From contig JAEEWP010000002.1 in assembly GCA_016287465.1 (NCBI GenBank), forward strand, positions 1 through 45,582: DNA of 45,582 nt, in the 5' to 3' direction. This document shows, one piece after another, positions 23,135-32,217 of this stretch; positions within the stretch are counted from its first letter, which is position 1; every line of letters starts with the position of its first letter. Made by a program: the position numbers and the translations under genes. Origin of the DNA: Bacillales bacterium (lineage in GTDB: Bacteria > Bacillota_I > Bacilli_A > RFN20 > CAG-826). The notes below the pieces were generated by a model. It made no database searches. It was not told where the DNA came from and worked only from the letters and a program-made list of their open reading frames with translations.

Positions 23135-23244
23135 TGGACATCACCTCGCTTTCTGTGCTGAGATTGCGAGGGCCCGTTCCGAGTTTTAACGGCTTTGCTT
23201 TGCCACTTTACATATAGTGGCGATTTTCTATTTTTTCAGGAAAA

Positions 23245-23278
23245 CACAAAAAAGCGCCTCCCCTTTTGAGGGAAGCGC
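23245..23278 (-). terminator. Rho-independent terminator after esterase paralog 3
   Basis: Minus strand GCGCTTCCCT-CAAAA-GGGGAGGCGC followed by TTTTTTGTGTTTT. Confidence 0.85.
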
Positions 23279-23296
23279 CATATAGGAGCGATTTAC

Positions 23297-24376
23297 TTAG
23301 TCAAGAAGGTTGTTATCAAGGATAACTTTGCCATAGGCCATGCCTAAGCGGAGGCTGCTCTTGACGTTATAGTGCATGTTGTCGCCACCAGGGTTGCCAG
23401 GTTTGAGCTCGTTCTCAGCGGTTGGCTCTTCGTTGCCATAGATGTCGACGATGTAGTTGTTGTCGGCGCTGTCAGCGAATTCCTGTTTGACGGCGTTCAT
23501 GTCTTTGGAGGTCTGGGCGCCCCAAGCTGTGCCGCTTCCCTGATAGATCATGCCATCGACGAAGGCGATGTTCTCGCCATCCTGGTCTTTGGCATATTCA
23601 GCGAAGTCGGTTCTGAAGAGTTCGACCATATCACCAAGGCGTTGCTTATATTTGGCGATCTTCTCGGTCGCGGAATCAGATTCGCCCTGATGCCATAACC
23701 AGCCTTTGATGACTGGATGCCAGCCTTCATCTTCGATGAGTTTGAGGTTGTTCTCGATGAATGGCTTGCAGAAAGTGTGGTACATGTTGATTTCTGGCCA
23801 ATTGCCTTCTGCATCTTTGACTGGCCAGTTGTAGTCGGTTCCGCTTTGTTCGAAGCCGCTGCCACCGGAAGCCATTTTGATGAAATAGATTGGCTTTTCG
23901 GCGGTAGCCTCATCCTTTAAGGCATAAGCCATGCCAAGCTCTGGACCCATCTTGGAGGAGTTAAGACCCATACCGGTTTTGGTTGGGAGGAACTTGCCTT
24001 TGAACCTCTCGGTGGTGTTCGTGGCGTTGACCTGGGTGTTGCCATCGAGGTTGTTGTGGTTAAGCTGACCATAGCCGGCGCAGTAGAGAGAAGTCTGGAC
24101 GGATTCGACGCCGGTCTCGGTTAAGACCTCTGGATCCTCAAGACCCATCTCTTCGAAGGCCTGGGCGATGTAGTCGGTGCTTCCGCTCTTGAAGGAAGTG
24201 TTTCCTTCCATGTTGGATTGACCGGATAAGACGAAGACGTTGACTGCGAGTTCGTCAACTTCTGGTTCGCTGGTTCCCGCTGGCTGTGAGGATGATCCTG
24301 CTGGTGGGGTGCAGGAAGCTAATCCCATGGCGAAAAGAAGCGCGGATAAAGACATTAGTTTGTTAAAGCGTTTCAT
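23297..24376 (-). CDS. SASA/CE6-type (GQSNM) carbohydrate O-acetylesterase lipoprotein, paralog 3
   Basis: Start reassigned to MKRFNKLM (ATG at 24376, SD AGGAGA). Lipobox LASC. Blocks VFVLSGQSNMEGNT and WLWHQGESD. Confidence 0.8.
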   Translation of the reverse strand: MKRFNKLMSLSALLFAMGLASCTPPAGSSSQPAGTSEPEVDELAVNVFVLSGQSNMEGNTSFKSGSTDYIAQAFEEMGLEDPEVLTETGVESVQTSLYCAGYGQLNHNNLDGNTQVNATNTTERFKGKFLPTKTGMGLNSSKMGPELGMAYALKDEATAEKPIYFIKMASGGSGFEQSGTDYNWPVKDAEGNWPEINMYHTFCKPFIENNLKLIEDEGWHPVIKGWLWHQGESDSATEKIAKYKQRLGDMVELFRTDFAEYAKDQDGENIAFVDGMIYQGSGTAWGAQTSKDMNAVKQEFADSADNNYIVDIYGNEEPTAENELKPGNPGGDNMHYNVKSSLRLGMAYGKVILDNNLLD

Positions 24377-24410
24377 AATTTCTCCTAATTTGAAAAAATC
24401 ACTTTCCGTT

Positions 24411-24439
24411 ATTTTAAGCAAATCGTAAATTTTCTACAA
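24411..24439 (-). promoter_or_regulatory. Candidate sigma-A promoter of esterase paralog 3
   Basis: Minus strand TTGTAG (24439..24434), a 17-nt spacer, then TAAAAT (24416..24411), about 35 nt upstream of the ATG. Confidence 0.5.
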
Positions 24440-24501
24440 GATTCTATAAGAATCGGGGGAAGATTATCGATTGAAATCCCTTGCAAAACCTAAGTGTTTT
24501 A

Positions 24502-24527
24502 AGAAAAACCACCCCGTTTGGAGTGGT
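24502..24527 (-). terminator. Rho-independent terminator closing the 36.7-24.5 kb lipoprotein gene block
   Basis: Minus strand ACCACTCC-AAAC-GGGGTGGT followed by TTTTTCTT. Confidence 0.8.
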
Positions 24528-24532
24528 AATTT

Positions 24533-24973
24533 TTATTTTGCCCGAACTCTTTTCGCCTTTTGGCAGCCTCTCTTGAAAGCGACAACCGAGCACATGAGCA
24601 AATCGACCAAGGCTAGTTGTCCAAGGAAGAAGGCAACGCCCAGATGGGTGGTTAGATTGTGTGGGAAAACCATCATCACACCGGCGAAGATTCCAAAGGA
24701 CATGAGAGCGAAGATGAGGACGATACCAATCATCCATAAAACAGGGAAGCGGACAATAGGAAGGGCTTTCCCAAAATGGACGTTCGCGAAATATAGAGAA
24801 ACGCCGAATATCAGAGATGGAAGGATGATGTTGATCAAAGCATTCACCGGGTTTTTGTAGTCATACCAGTAATGTTGGATTCCCCCAATGGCGAAATACG
24901 GCAAAACGATATAGCTCGCCATCCATAGGCTTATGGCGAAGAAGACAAACGATAGGATGAGATTCTTTTTCAT
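24533..24973 (-). CDS. Small polytopic membrane protein (about 4 TM), unknown function
   Basis: 146-aa ORF that is hydrophobic throughout with a basic C-terminal tail. It is the last gene of the same-strand lipoprotein block. Confidence 0.6.
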   Translation of the reverse strand: MKKNLILSFVFFAISLWMASYIVLPYFAIGGIQHYWYDYKNPVNALINIILPSLIFGVSLYFANVHFGKALPIVRFPVLWMIGIVLIFALMSFGIFAGVMMVFPHNLTTHLGVAFFLGQLALVDLLMCSVVAFKRGCQKAKRVRAK

Positions 24974-25025
24974 GTTGAAAACCTTATCAATGATAGCAAA
25001 AAAGAAAGCGGTGTTTCCACCACTC

Positions 25026-26033
25026 TTAGCTTGCGAGTCCTCGCATCACTTTGAAATAGAAGGAGAATTCGAATGCGCCGAAATAGAATTTCCACTCATG
25101 GAGATCGAAATCGGTGATGTCGCTCGTGGAGAATTCCATGACATACCACCCTTCGAGAGGTTTGCAGCTCTCGTTTACGAGCTCGCAATTAACCTTATCC
25201 GTGGAGTCGAGATCCATACCAATGAAATCTAAGTCCGGGTCTAAATATAGTCCGCTACCTAGATTGAAACGGTTGACCCTGATTCTTATTTGATAATCGC
25301 GATCTCTCTCGAAATGATAGAGGTCGATAGGTTCGCCATCTTTCAGATCGCTATCCATAACGAGCCTGGAGTCATCACCTTTAAGACAGATGCTATCCAA
25401 GATCATTTGCCTGATTCCGTAGACATTGTCCCACTCAAAGTAACAGCCTTTCTCCTCGCTCCACTTCAAGTGGCCCCAGTCCACTATTTTTCTTTCCTCG
25501 AATTCGCGAGGGCCCATAAAATGACCGAGAACCGGAAGGAAAACCAGTTCGCCTTCCCTTATGTCGAGAGCGTATTGATAGGAAGCGAAGCGGCCGAATT
25601 TCTCAACCGTCATATCCTCTTGGCTGAAAAGGGGCTTGGCGTTCTTGATGTCATAGACCGTGAAACCGTCATAGCGCATTTCGTTATGGGCAAAAACGAT
25701 TTCGCGGTATCCATCGCCATTGATGTCGGAGGCATAGATATAAGGGTCATAATGAAGGTTTACCCCGATTCTTGTATCGCCGTAATAAAGCATTGACATG
25801 CTGCTGCCGGTAACGAGGTTGAAACGTTCAGTGAACTCGGGAACGCGGAAATAAAAAACATGGTCATCGGATTCAAGTTTCGGATCATACATTCCCGCGA
25901 GGATGAGTTCATCTTTAGGCCCTTCTTCAATAGAAGTATCCGTCGCTGAGGAATAAGGCTGTTTAGTTTCCCAAACGCATGCGGAAAGCATCGAAATCGC
26001 CAGCAAAGAAAGGATAAAAGTGTTCTTTTTCAT
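25026..26033 (-). CDS. Lipoprotein of unknown family (DINGDGYRE family), paralog 1
   Basis: Lipobox LSAC. Shared blocks EGPKDELI, ASDINGDGYREIVF, VYDIKNAKPLFSQEDMTVEKFG, HLKWSEEKGCYFEWDN and EFSTSDITDFDLH. Confidence 0.8.
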   Translation of the reverse strand: MKKNTFILSLLAISMLSACVWETKQPYSSATDTSIEEGPKDELILAGMYDPKLESDDHVFYFRVPEFTERFNLVTGSSMSMLYYGDTRIGVNLHYDPYIYASDINGDGYREIVFAHNEMRYDGFTVYDIKNAKPLFSQEDMTVEKFGRFASYQYALDIREGELVFLPVLGHFMGPREFEERKIVDWGHLKWSEEKGCYFEWDNVYGIRQMILDSICLKGDDSRLVMDSDLKDGEPIDLYHFERDRDYQIRIRVNRFNLGSGLYLDPDLDFIGMDLDSTDKVNCELVNESCKPLEGWYVMEFSTSDITDFDLHEWKFYFGAFEFSFYFKVMRGLAS

Positions 26034-26071
26034 AATTAAACCTTATCAATGATAACGGTGTTTCCACCGCT

Positions 26072-27034
26072 CTAATTGGCCAATCCTTGCATCACTTTGG
26101 AATAGAAGGAGAATCCATGGAATCCGAAATAGTAAGCGAAGTCGTGCAATTCGAAATCGGCGATGTCGCTCGTGGAGAATTCGATGACATATTTCCCGGT
26201 TTGTGGATCGCAGCTTCTTTCCAAGATGTAAAAAGTCGGCGTTTGGGATTTACTTGAGTCCCATTCCATGCTTAGGAATCCTGGGTCTAAGTACTTGGTG
26301 AAATCATCGCGCACTACGGTTATTTCCATTTGGTAAGAGGTGTCTTTCTCGAGATAGTAGAGATCGATGGCCTCACCATCTTCTTTACGACCTCCATCCA
26401 AATGAAGCTTAGTGTGTCCGTTCGCCGTGTAAACGCCTTCGAGAACGACGCTTCTGACATCGAAAAGGTTTTCCCACTCTATGGAGCAATTTCCCTCACT
26501 CCACTTGAAGCGGCCATAATCGACAACGTCATTTTCTCTGTTTCCGCCATTAAGGACCCTTAAGACCAATCGGTCATCTCTGATGGAAAAATCGAAATTC
26601 TTATACTTTGTGTAATAACCGTATTTCTCCATGGTCATATTGTTTTGATCGAAGAGTCTTTTGGCGTTCTTGACATCATAAACGACGACATGAAAGGAAG
26701 GATCAAGAACCGTTCTCTCTTTGAAAATCAGTTCTCTATATCCGTCTCCGTTGATGTCAGAGGCGCAATACTCCAAGGCCCCTTCGCTGATGAGCGTCTC
26801 ACCATAGCTGAGGCTTGGCAAACGGCTGCTGATCTGGATGTTGGAAGAGACAAAAGCCTCCTTAAACTCCGGAAGATAGAATTTGTAGTATGAATCATTG
26901 ATCACTTGGGCTGCAATACGCTCATCCTTAGGCCCCTCTTTTTGGGAAGAAGTCTCTTTTTCAGAGCTTGGCGGGGTGCATCCTGAAAGCACGGAAATCG
27001 CCAGCAAAGGTAGGATAAAAATGTTCTTTTTCAT
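26072..27034 (-). CDS. Lipoprotein of unknown family (DINGDGYRE family), paralog 2
   Basis: Start reassigned to MKKNIFILPLLAISVLSGC (ATG at 27034). It has the same blocks as paralog 1. Confidence 0.8.
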   Translation of the reverse strand: MKKNIFILPLLAISVLSGCTPPSSEKETSSQKEGPKDERIAAQVINDSYYKFYLPEFKEAFVSSNIQISSRLPSLSYGETLISEGALEYCASDINGDGYRELIFKERTVLDPSFHVVVYDVKNAKRLFDQNNMTMEKYGYYTKYKNFDFSIRDDRLVLRVLNGGNRENDVVDYGRFKWSEGNCSIEWENLFDVRSVVLEGVYTANGHTKLHLDGGRKEDGEAIDLYYLEKDTSYQMEITVVRDDFTKYLDPGFLSMEWDSSKSQTPTFYILERSCDPQTGKYVIEFSTSDIADFELHDFAYYFGFHGFSFYSKVMQGLAN

Positions 27035-27060
27035 AGGAAGTTCTCCTTTCGTTATTGTGT

Positions 27061-28074
27061 TTATTCGACGACTTTGTAGTTGATCTTGAATCCGTAATTG
27101 GTGAGACACCAATCCCAGACTCTCTCTTCACATGGATTGACTACGGTGAAGTAATAGAAGTATTTGCCTGTGGCAGGATCGTTCTGAACTGGGGATCTGT
27201 TCCAAGGGCTACGGATCTCTCCGAAATGGGATGGGTTGTCGTTACTCCAGACCACATCGATAGGCAGATCACCAAGCTCACGGTCGGTTTTGTTCCGAGT
27301 GATCTTGAACTCCATGTAATACTGCTTGCTTGTCTCGAATGTATAGACATTCCCTGGGTTCGATGGCAGGACAGGCGTCAAATCATCATCGTTGATGAAG
27401 AAACGGACGAACTCGATTTTCTCAATTCCAAGGATGTTCTCCCATTCGAAGTAACAGCCTTTCTCCTCGCTCCACTTGAGATGGCCATGATCCATTATGG
27501 AGTTCTCACTGTAATTGCCTGCATATGGAAGGAAGGTCAAACGGCCGTCTTTCATGTCGTAGTAAAAGCGATAGAGGGCGATGTGGCCGAACTCCTCGAT
27601 CGTCATATCGGCTTGCTTAAGAAGGGTTTTGTTGTTCTTAAGGTCATAGACTGAGAATTCCCTGTTCCTGTTATTTCCTTCTTCAAAGAAGACGATCTCA
27701 CGGAAACCATCTCCATTGATGTCGGAGGCGATGAGGCGGAAAGCGTTATATAAGTGATCGGAGATGACTGTGTCCCCATATTTCAGAATGTGCTGACTGG
27801 CTGTAGGAGAAGAGACTTTGAGAGGCTCGCTGAACTCAGCGATGCGGATCAAAAGATTCCCCTCTGCATCTTTTTCGAAATCATTGCCAAGGCCAGTAGC
27901 GATGAGCTCGTCTTTCGGCCCTTCTGGTTCGGAAGAAGCTAAAGATGAGGACGAGGAAGAAGTCTCTGGCTCAGTGCTAGAAAGCAAGGAGGATTCCTTC
28001 GCCTCTGACTGAGGAACGCATGAACAAAGCACTGCTGCTGTTAACAAAGAAACGACAAGACTGCTTTTTCTCAT
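27061..28074 (-). CDS. Lipoprotein of unknown family (DINGDGYRE family), paralog 3
   Basis: Lipobox LCSC. Blocks ASDINGDGFREIVF, VYDLKNNKTLLKQADMTIEEFG and HLKWSEEKGCYFEWEN. The C-terminus has diverged. Confidence 0.8.
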   Translation of the reverse strand: MRKSSLVVSLLTAAVLCSCVPQSEAKESSLLSSTEPETSSSSSSLASSEPEGPKDELIATGLGNDFEKDAEGNLLIRIAEFSEPLKVSSPTASQHILKYGDTVISDHLYNAFRLIASDINGDGFREIVFFEEGNNRNREFSVYDLKNNKTLLKQADMTIEEFGHIALYRFYYDMKDGRLTFLPYAGNYSENSIMDHGHLKWSEEKGCYFEWENILGIEKIEFVRFFINDDDLTPVLPSNPGNVYTFETSKQYYMEFKITRNKTDRELGDLPIDVVWSNDNPSHFGEIRSPWNRSPVQNDPATGKYFYYFTVVNPCEERVWDWCLTNYGFKINYKVVE

Positions 28075-28185
28075 AGGAATATTTCTCCCTTTGTGAATTT
28101 ATGATACGCCTTTTGTTAAAAAGAATGGAAGGCTCTCTACTTATATGACAACTGAGGCAGTCAAATCCGTTCACGAATTGAGCGA

Positions 28186-29466
28186 TTAAGCAACAAGGCT
28201 GATTTGTCCGTTCGCGCACACCACTGTCTCCAAGGAAGACCAAGAATTCCAATCCTCCGCTTTCTCAACGCTCTCCCAATCGCTCGTGGTCCCTCCATAG
28301 GTGAGGGTTTTTAAGGATGGGCAATTGCCGAACATGTGTTCTCCGATACGAGTGAGGTTTCCTCCAATCGAGACGGATTCAAGCAAAGGGCAATCCGCGA
28401 TGGCATAATCGCTAAGGGTCATCACGCCAGGCATGACCAGCCTTTTAAGCGCAAGGCATGTGTCGAATATGTCCCAAGCTATATATATGACGCTATCAGG
28501 AAAAACCACCTCTTCAAGGCTCACGCAATAACCGAAAGCCGAGTCTTCGATAAGTTTCAAACCATTTCCGAAATTAATCGTTTCGAGCTCTTCGCAACCG
28601 TCAAAGGCATATGCTCCTATCGTTCGCACAGTGTCTGGGATATCGATGGAGGTCATGGTCGCCCCACAATAAGATCCAGCGCCGATTTCAACAGTGTTTT
28701 CAGGCACATAGAAAGATCCTTTGTCCAAAGGATAAGACACAACCTTCGTTTTGTCTTTGTTCATAAGAACGCCATTTTCAGAAGTGAGATATCTGTTCTC
28801 CTCGCTGACCGTGAAGGCTTCTATCGAATAGCAATAGGCGAAGGCGCCCTTCGCGATCCAATCAAGCTCAGGCCCGATCTCAACGTCCGTCAAAGAATGG
28901 CATTCGCCAAAGGCGAACTGTTCGATTTGCTCAAGGCTATCAGGGAAGTATATGGATGAGAGGGATTCGCACCACCAAAAAGCATAATCGCAGATGATCG
29001 CAACGCCCTCCCCTAATGTCACCTTTGATAAAGACGAACAATACTGGAAAGCGTATTCCTGAATCCTGTAGACGCTGCCAGGAATGGTGATGGAGGTCAT
29101 TTTGCTCGCTGCGGAAAAACCACGTTCTTTGATGAGGGTGACAGGAAGGCCTTGGTAACTCTCTGGGATGACGACGTCCCCTTCGATCAATTCGTTGGCA
29201 GCTGAAACGATGTAACGATCGGTGGCTAACTCGAATTTGAGTTTGTTCAAAGTCGGTGTCAAAGAACCTTCGGTGGAAAGATTCAAAGAATCCTCCGAAG
29301 AGGAAAGAGGTTCTGATACAACACTAGAGGACTCGCTCACGCCAGGATAAGGTTCTGTCTTAGTCCAATCTTCGTTGTCGATGGCGCCTAGGGGAAAATA
29401 GAAGCAAGAAGAAAGCGACAAAGTGGCTAAGGCGCCAATTAAAGCAGGAATTGCACGGGTTTTCAT
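28186..29466 (-). CDS. BspA-type leucine-rich-repeat (LRR_5) surface lipoprotein 1
   Basis: Start reassigned to MKTRAIPALIGALATLSLSSC (ATG at 29466). It has repeated IP(D/E)SV..I...AF..C.SL units and the C-terminal cap TYGGTTSDWESV...VVCANGQISL. Confidence 0.85.
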   Translation of the reverse strand: MKTRAIPALIGALATLSLSSCFYFPLGAIDNEDWTKTEPYPGVSESSSVVSEPLSSSEDSLNLSTEGSLTPTLNKLKFELATDRYIVSAANELIEGDVVIPESYQGLPVTLIKERGFSAASKMTSITIPGSVYRIQEYAFQYCSSLSKVTLGEGVAIICDYAFWWCESLSSIYFPDSLEQIEQFAFGECHSLTDVEIGPELDWIAKGAFAYCYSIEAFTVSEENRYLTSENGVLMNKDKTKVVSYPLDKGSFYVPENTVEIGAGSYCGATMTSIDIPDTVRTIGAYAFDGCEELETINFGNGLKLIEDSAFGYCVSLEEVVFPDSVIYIAWDIFDTCLALKRLVMPGVMTLSDYAIADCPLLESVSIGGNLTRIGEHMFGNCPSLKTLTYGGTTSDWESVEKAEDWNSWSSLETVVCANGQISLVA

Positions 29467-29480
29467 ATTGTTTCCCTTTC

Positions 29481-30827
29481 TTAAATCACCGATACATCGC
29501 CATCCGAGCAATGGATGGTTTCGACGAAGGATTCGCCGAGCCAATTCTCGGAACGATCGATTTGGTTCCACTCGCTCATCGTGCCTTCGTAGTTTAGGGC
29601 GGTTAGATTGTCGCAAAACCGGAACGCGTCGTCCTCAATGCTCTTAAGCCCTCTGTTGATAGTGAGCGACTCAAGAAGCTTGCACGATGAGAAAGCGCCT
29701 TTGCCAATCGACACGATAGTGCTAGGCAAAGACAATGAGGCGATATCCGTGCATTCGAAGCAATACGGAGAGATGGAAGTCAGTGTTTCGTTGAGGTTTA
29801 CTTCCGCTAGGTTATCACAACCGGCGAAAGCCCCTTCCCCCATGACGGCTACGTTGCTGCCTAAAGTCACGGTCTTGAGATTGTCGTTTCCGCGAAAAGC
29901 CGTATCACCTATCTTGATTATGTTATCCGGAATGACGAGACTTTCGCCGATGTAAGCGCAACTAGAATATGCCATATCTCCGATATAGGACACCGTGTCG
30001 GGGATATAGAATGGGCTCTTGGCGCTAGGGAAACAAAGGACTTCGTTTTGGGCCTTGTCATAAAGGACCCCGTTGATGGACGAATAGGTCTCGTTTTCTA
30101 CGTCGACGCCGATATGCTCGAAAAGGCTGTTGTTCATGAAAGCGCCATAGCCGATGTAGTCGACGCTTTTCGGGATATAGACCATGGTTATGCTCGTTGA
30201 GCTATATGCGCAGTCCCCAATATGGGTAAGCCCTTCTGGGAGAACGAGGGCGTTGCTAATGCCCGTGCATCCGTTGAAAGCGTTATCGCCGATATGTTGG
30301 ACGTTCTTTCCAAAACTTAGGAACTTGGTATAGGAGCATTCGAGGAAGGCGCCTTTTCCGATCGTGATGGTGCTATCTGGGATGGAGATCATTTCGATGC
30401 CACGGCTATATGCGAAGGCATAGTCTCCGATGATCGTTAAACCATTTCCAAAAGACACTTCGCGAAGGCCATAACAATCCCCAAAGGCCCATTCACCGAT
30501 CTCGACGATGGTGTCTGGGAGACGGATGGACGACACATATGAGTGCGAGAAAGCCTTTTCCTTCACCCGTGTGACAGGAAGGCCGTTATAGGTCCTAGGG
30601 ACGATGACTTCCCCGGTGATCGTCTTATTGAAGTTACCGGTCACGCTATAGGATTGTTCGTCTTCATTAAGAACGAACGAGATATTCCCTTTCGCTTCTT
30701 CGGGGCTACTAAGGGATGAGGATTCTTTCGCGCTCGAAAGAGAATCTGACTCGTTATCGATGGTGCAAGAAGCCAATGAAAAAACGAACAAAGCGGTGAT
30801 CAATGCGGGAATTGCTCGGGTTTTCAT
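29481..30827 (-). CDS. BspA-type LRR surface lipoprotein 2
   Basis: MKTRAIPALITALFVFSLASC, LRR_5-like units, and cap YEGTMSEWNQI...IHCSDGDVSVI. Confidence 0.85.
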   Translation of the reverse strand: MKTRAIPALITALFVFSLASCTIDNESDSLSSAKESSSLSSPEEAKGNISFVLNEDEQSYSVTGNFNKTITGEVIVPRTYNGLPVTRVKEKAFSHSYVSSIRLPDTIVEIGEWAFGDCYGLREVSFGNGLTIIGDYAFAYSRGIEMISIPDSTITIGKGAFLECSYTKFLSFGKNVQHIGDNAFNGCTGISNALVLPEGLTHIGDCAYSSTSITMVYIPKSVDYIGYGAFMNNSLFEHIGVDVENETYSSINGVLYDKAQNEVLCFPSAKSPFYIPDTVSYIGDMAYSSCAYIGESLVIPDNIIKIGDTAFRGNDNLKTVTLGSNVAVMGEGAFAGCDNLAEVNLNETLTSISPYCFECTDIASLSLPSTIVSIGKGAFSSCKLLESLTINRGLKSIEDDAFRFCDNLTALNYEGTMSEWNQIDRSENWLGESFVETIHCSDGDVSVI

Positions 30828-30845
30828 GTTTTTTCTCTTCTTTTG

Positions 30846-32201
30846 CTACACTGTTTCATCGCCATCTGAGCAATGGATGGTTTTGAGGCGGGAGCCATTT
30901 TTCCAATCTGCGGTTTTACTGATTTGACGCCACTCGTATTTCGTGCCTTCGTAATCGATGGCGGTAAGCTCATCGCAACGATAGAACGTATTATCGCCGA
31001 TGCTCTTGAGGCCTCTTTTGATCCTGAGCGATCCAAGATGCTGATCATCTTTGAAAGCAAGGGCGCCGATCGATTCGACGCTGCTTGGCAAAGATATGGA
31101 CCTGATGCCAGAGCACTCGCTGAAGCAACTGTCAGGGATGGCTTTGAGGCCTTCGTTAAGCGTTACTTCCTCTAGATCGTTGCATTCGGAGAAAGCCCCT
31201 GCCCATATGGTAATGACATTGCTGCCTAGGGTCAACGTCTTGAGATCGTAGTTTCCGGCAAAAGCGAGCTCGCCGATCCTGATGACGCTTTCAGGGATGG
31301 CTAGATTCTCGAGGAAATAAGAGCATTTGTAATAGGAGGCATCCCCGATATCGGAAACGCCATCGAGAATCGAGACCGGGCTCTTCGCGCTAGGGAAACA
31401 GAGGACTTCGTTTTGGGCTTTGTCATAGAGGACCCCGCCGATTGAGGCATAATTCTCATTCTCGGTATCGACACTGATATGCTCAAGCAAGTGGTTATCG
31501 GAGAAAGCGCCAATTCCGATATAGGTGACGCTCATAGGGATATAGGCCATTCTTATCCCCGTGAAAGCGAAAGCCCAGTGTCCAACGTAAGTAAGCCCCT
31601 CTGGGAGTATGGCGGCATTGACGATGCCCCTGCAGTCATAGAAGGCGCCATCGCCGATGTATTTGACGTTCTTCCCAAGGGTCGGGAAGGAGGCATAGCA
31701 GCTCGCGAAAGCGTAGTTCCCGATGGTGACGGTGCTATCCGGGATGATGATCTCCTCGATGTCTCTGCAGTCGCCGAAAGCGCTGTCCCCGATGGTCGTA
31801 ACCCCTTTGCCCAAAGACACTTCCGTGAGATCGTAACACTCCGCGAAAGCGGATTCCTCGATCTCGACGATGCTGTCTGGGAGGGTGATAGACTTTATCT
31901 TCGTGAGTCTGAAGCCTTCTTTCTTGACGCGGGTTACAGGAAGGCCGTTATGGGTGCTAGGTACGACGATATCCCCTTTGGACCCACTCAAGCCAGCGGC
32001 CACGCTATAGGACTCACCGTTCTCATCGAGGATGAATCTCATCTCCCCTTTCGCTTCTTGGCTATTAAGGGACGAGGATTCGCTGACGTTAGAAAGATCC
32101 TCTGACTTGCCCCATTCCCCGGGATCGAAATCGATGGCGCATGAGGAAAAAGAAAGAACGAATAACGCGCTGATTAGTGTCGGAATTGCACGGGTTTTCA
32201 T
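30846..32201 (-). CDS. BspA-type LRR surface lipoprotein 3
   Basis: MKTRAIPTLISALFVLSFSSC. It is the closest paralog of 29481..30827. Cap is YEGTKYEWRQI...IHCSDGDETV. SD is GGAGGA. Confidence 0.85.
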   Translation of the reverse strand: MKTRAIPTLISALFVLSFSSCAIDFDPGEWGKSEDLSNVSESSSLNSQEAKGEMRFILDENGESYSVAAGLSGSKGDIVVPSTHNGLPVTRVKKEGFRLTKIKSITLPDSIVEIEESAFAECYDLTEVSLGKGVTTIGDSAFGDCRDIEEIIIPDSTVTIGNYAFASCYASFPTLGKNVKYIGDGAFYDCRGIVNAAILPEGLTYVGHWAFAFTGIRMAYIPMSVTYIGIGAFSDNHLLEHISVDTENENYASIGGVLYDKAQNEVLCFPSAKSPVSILDGVSDIGDASYYKCSYFLENLAIPESVIRIGELAFAGNYDLKTLTLGSNVITIWAGAFSECNDLEEVTLNEGLKAIPDSCFSECSGIRSISLPSSVESIGALAFKDDQHLGSLRIKRGLKSIGDNTFYRCDELTAIDYEGTKYEWRQISKTADWKNGSRLKTIHCSDGDETV

Positions 32202-32217
32202 AAGTTTCCTCCTTCCT

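Noticed and set aside
22780-23140. Small plus-strand ORFs starting at the ATGG inside each hairpin (16, 12 and 33 codons)
   Set aside because: Frames and lengths are not conserved between copies, and the nearest GGAG is 16 nt from the ATG. They are more likely non-coding.
23097-23141. Alternative 14-codon basic ORF (MSNERPSKRRRKPS) overlapping the start of the 29-aa ORF
   Set aside because: Its ATG lies only 0-2 nt after the SD core, which is too close for initiation. The downstream ATG has ideal spacing.
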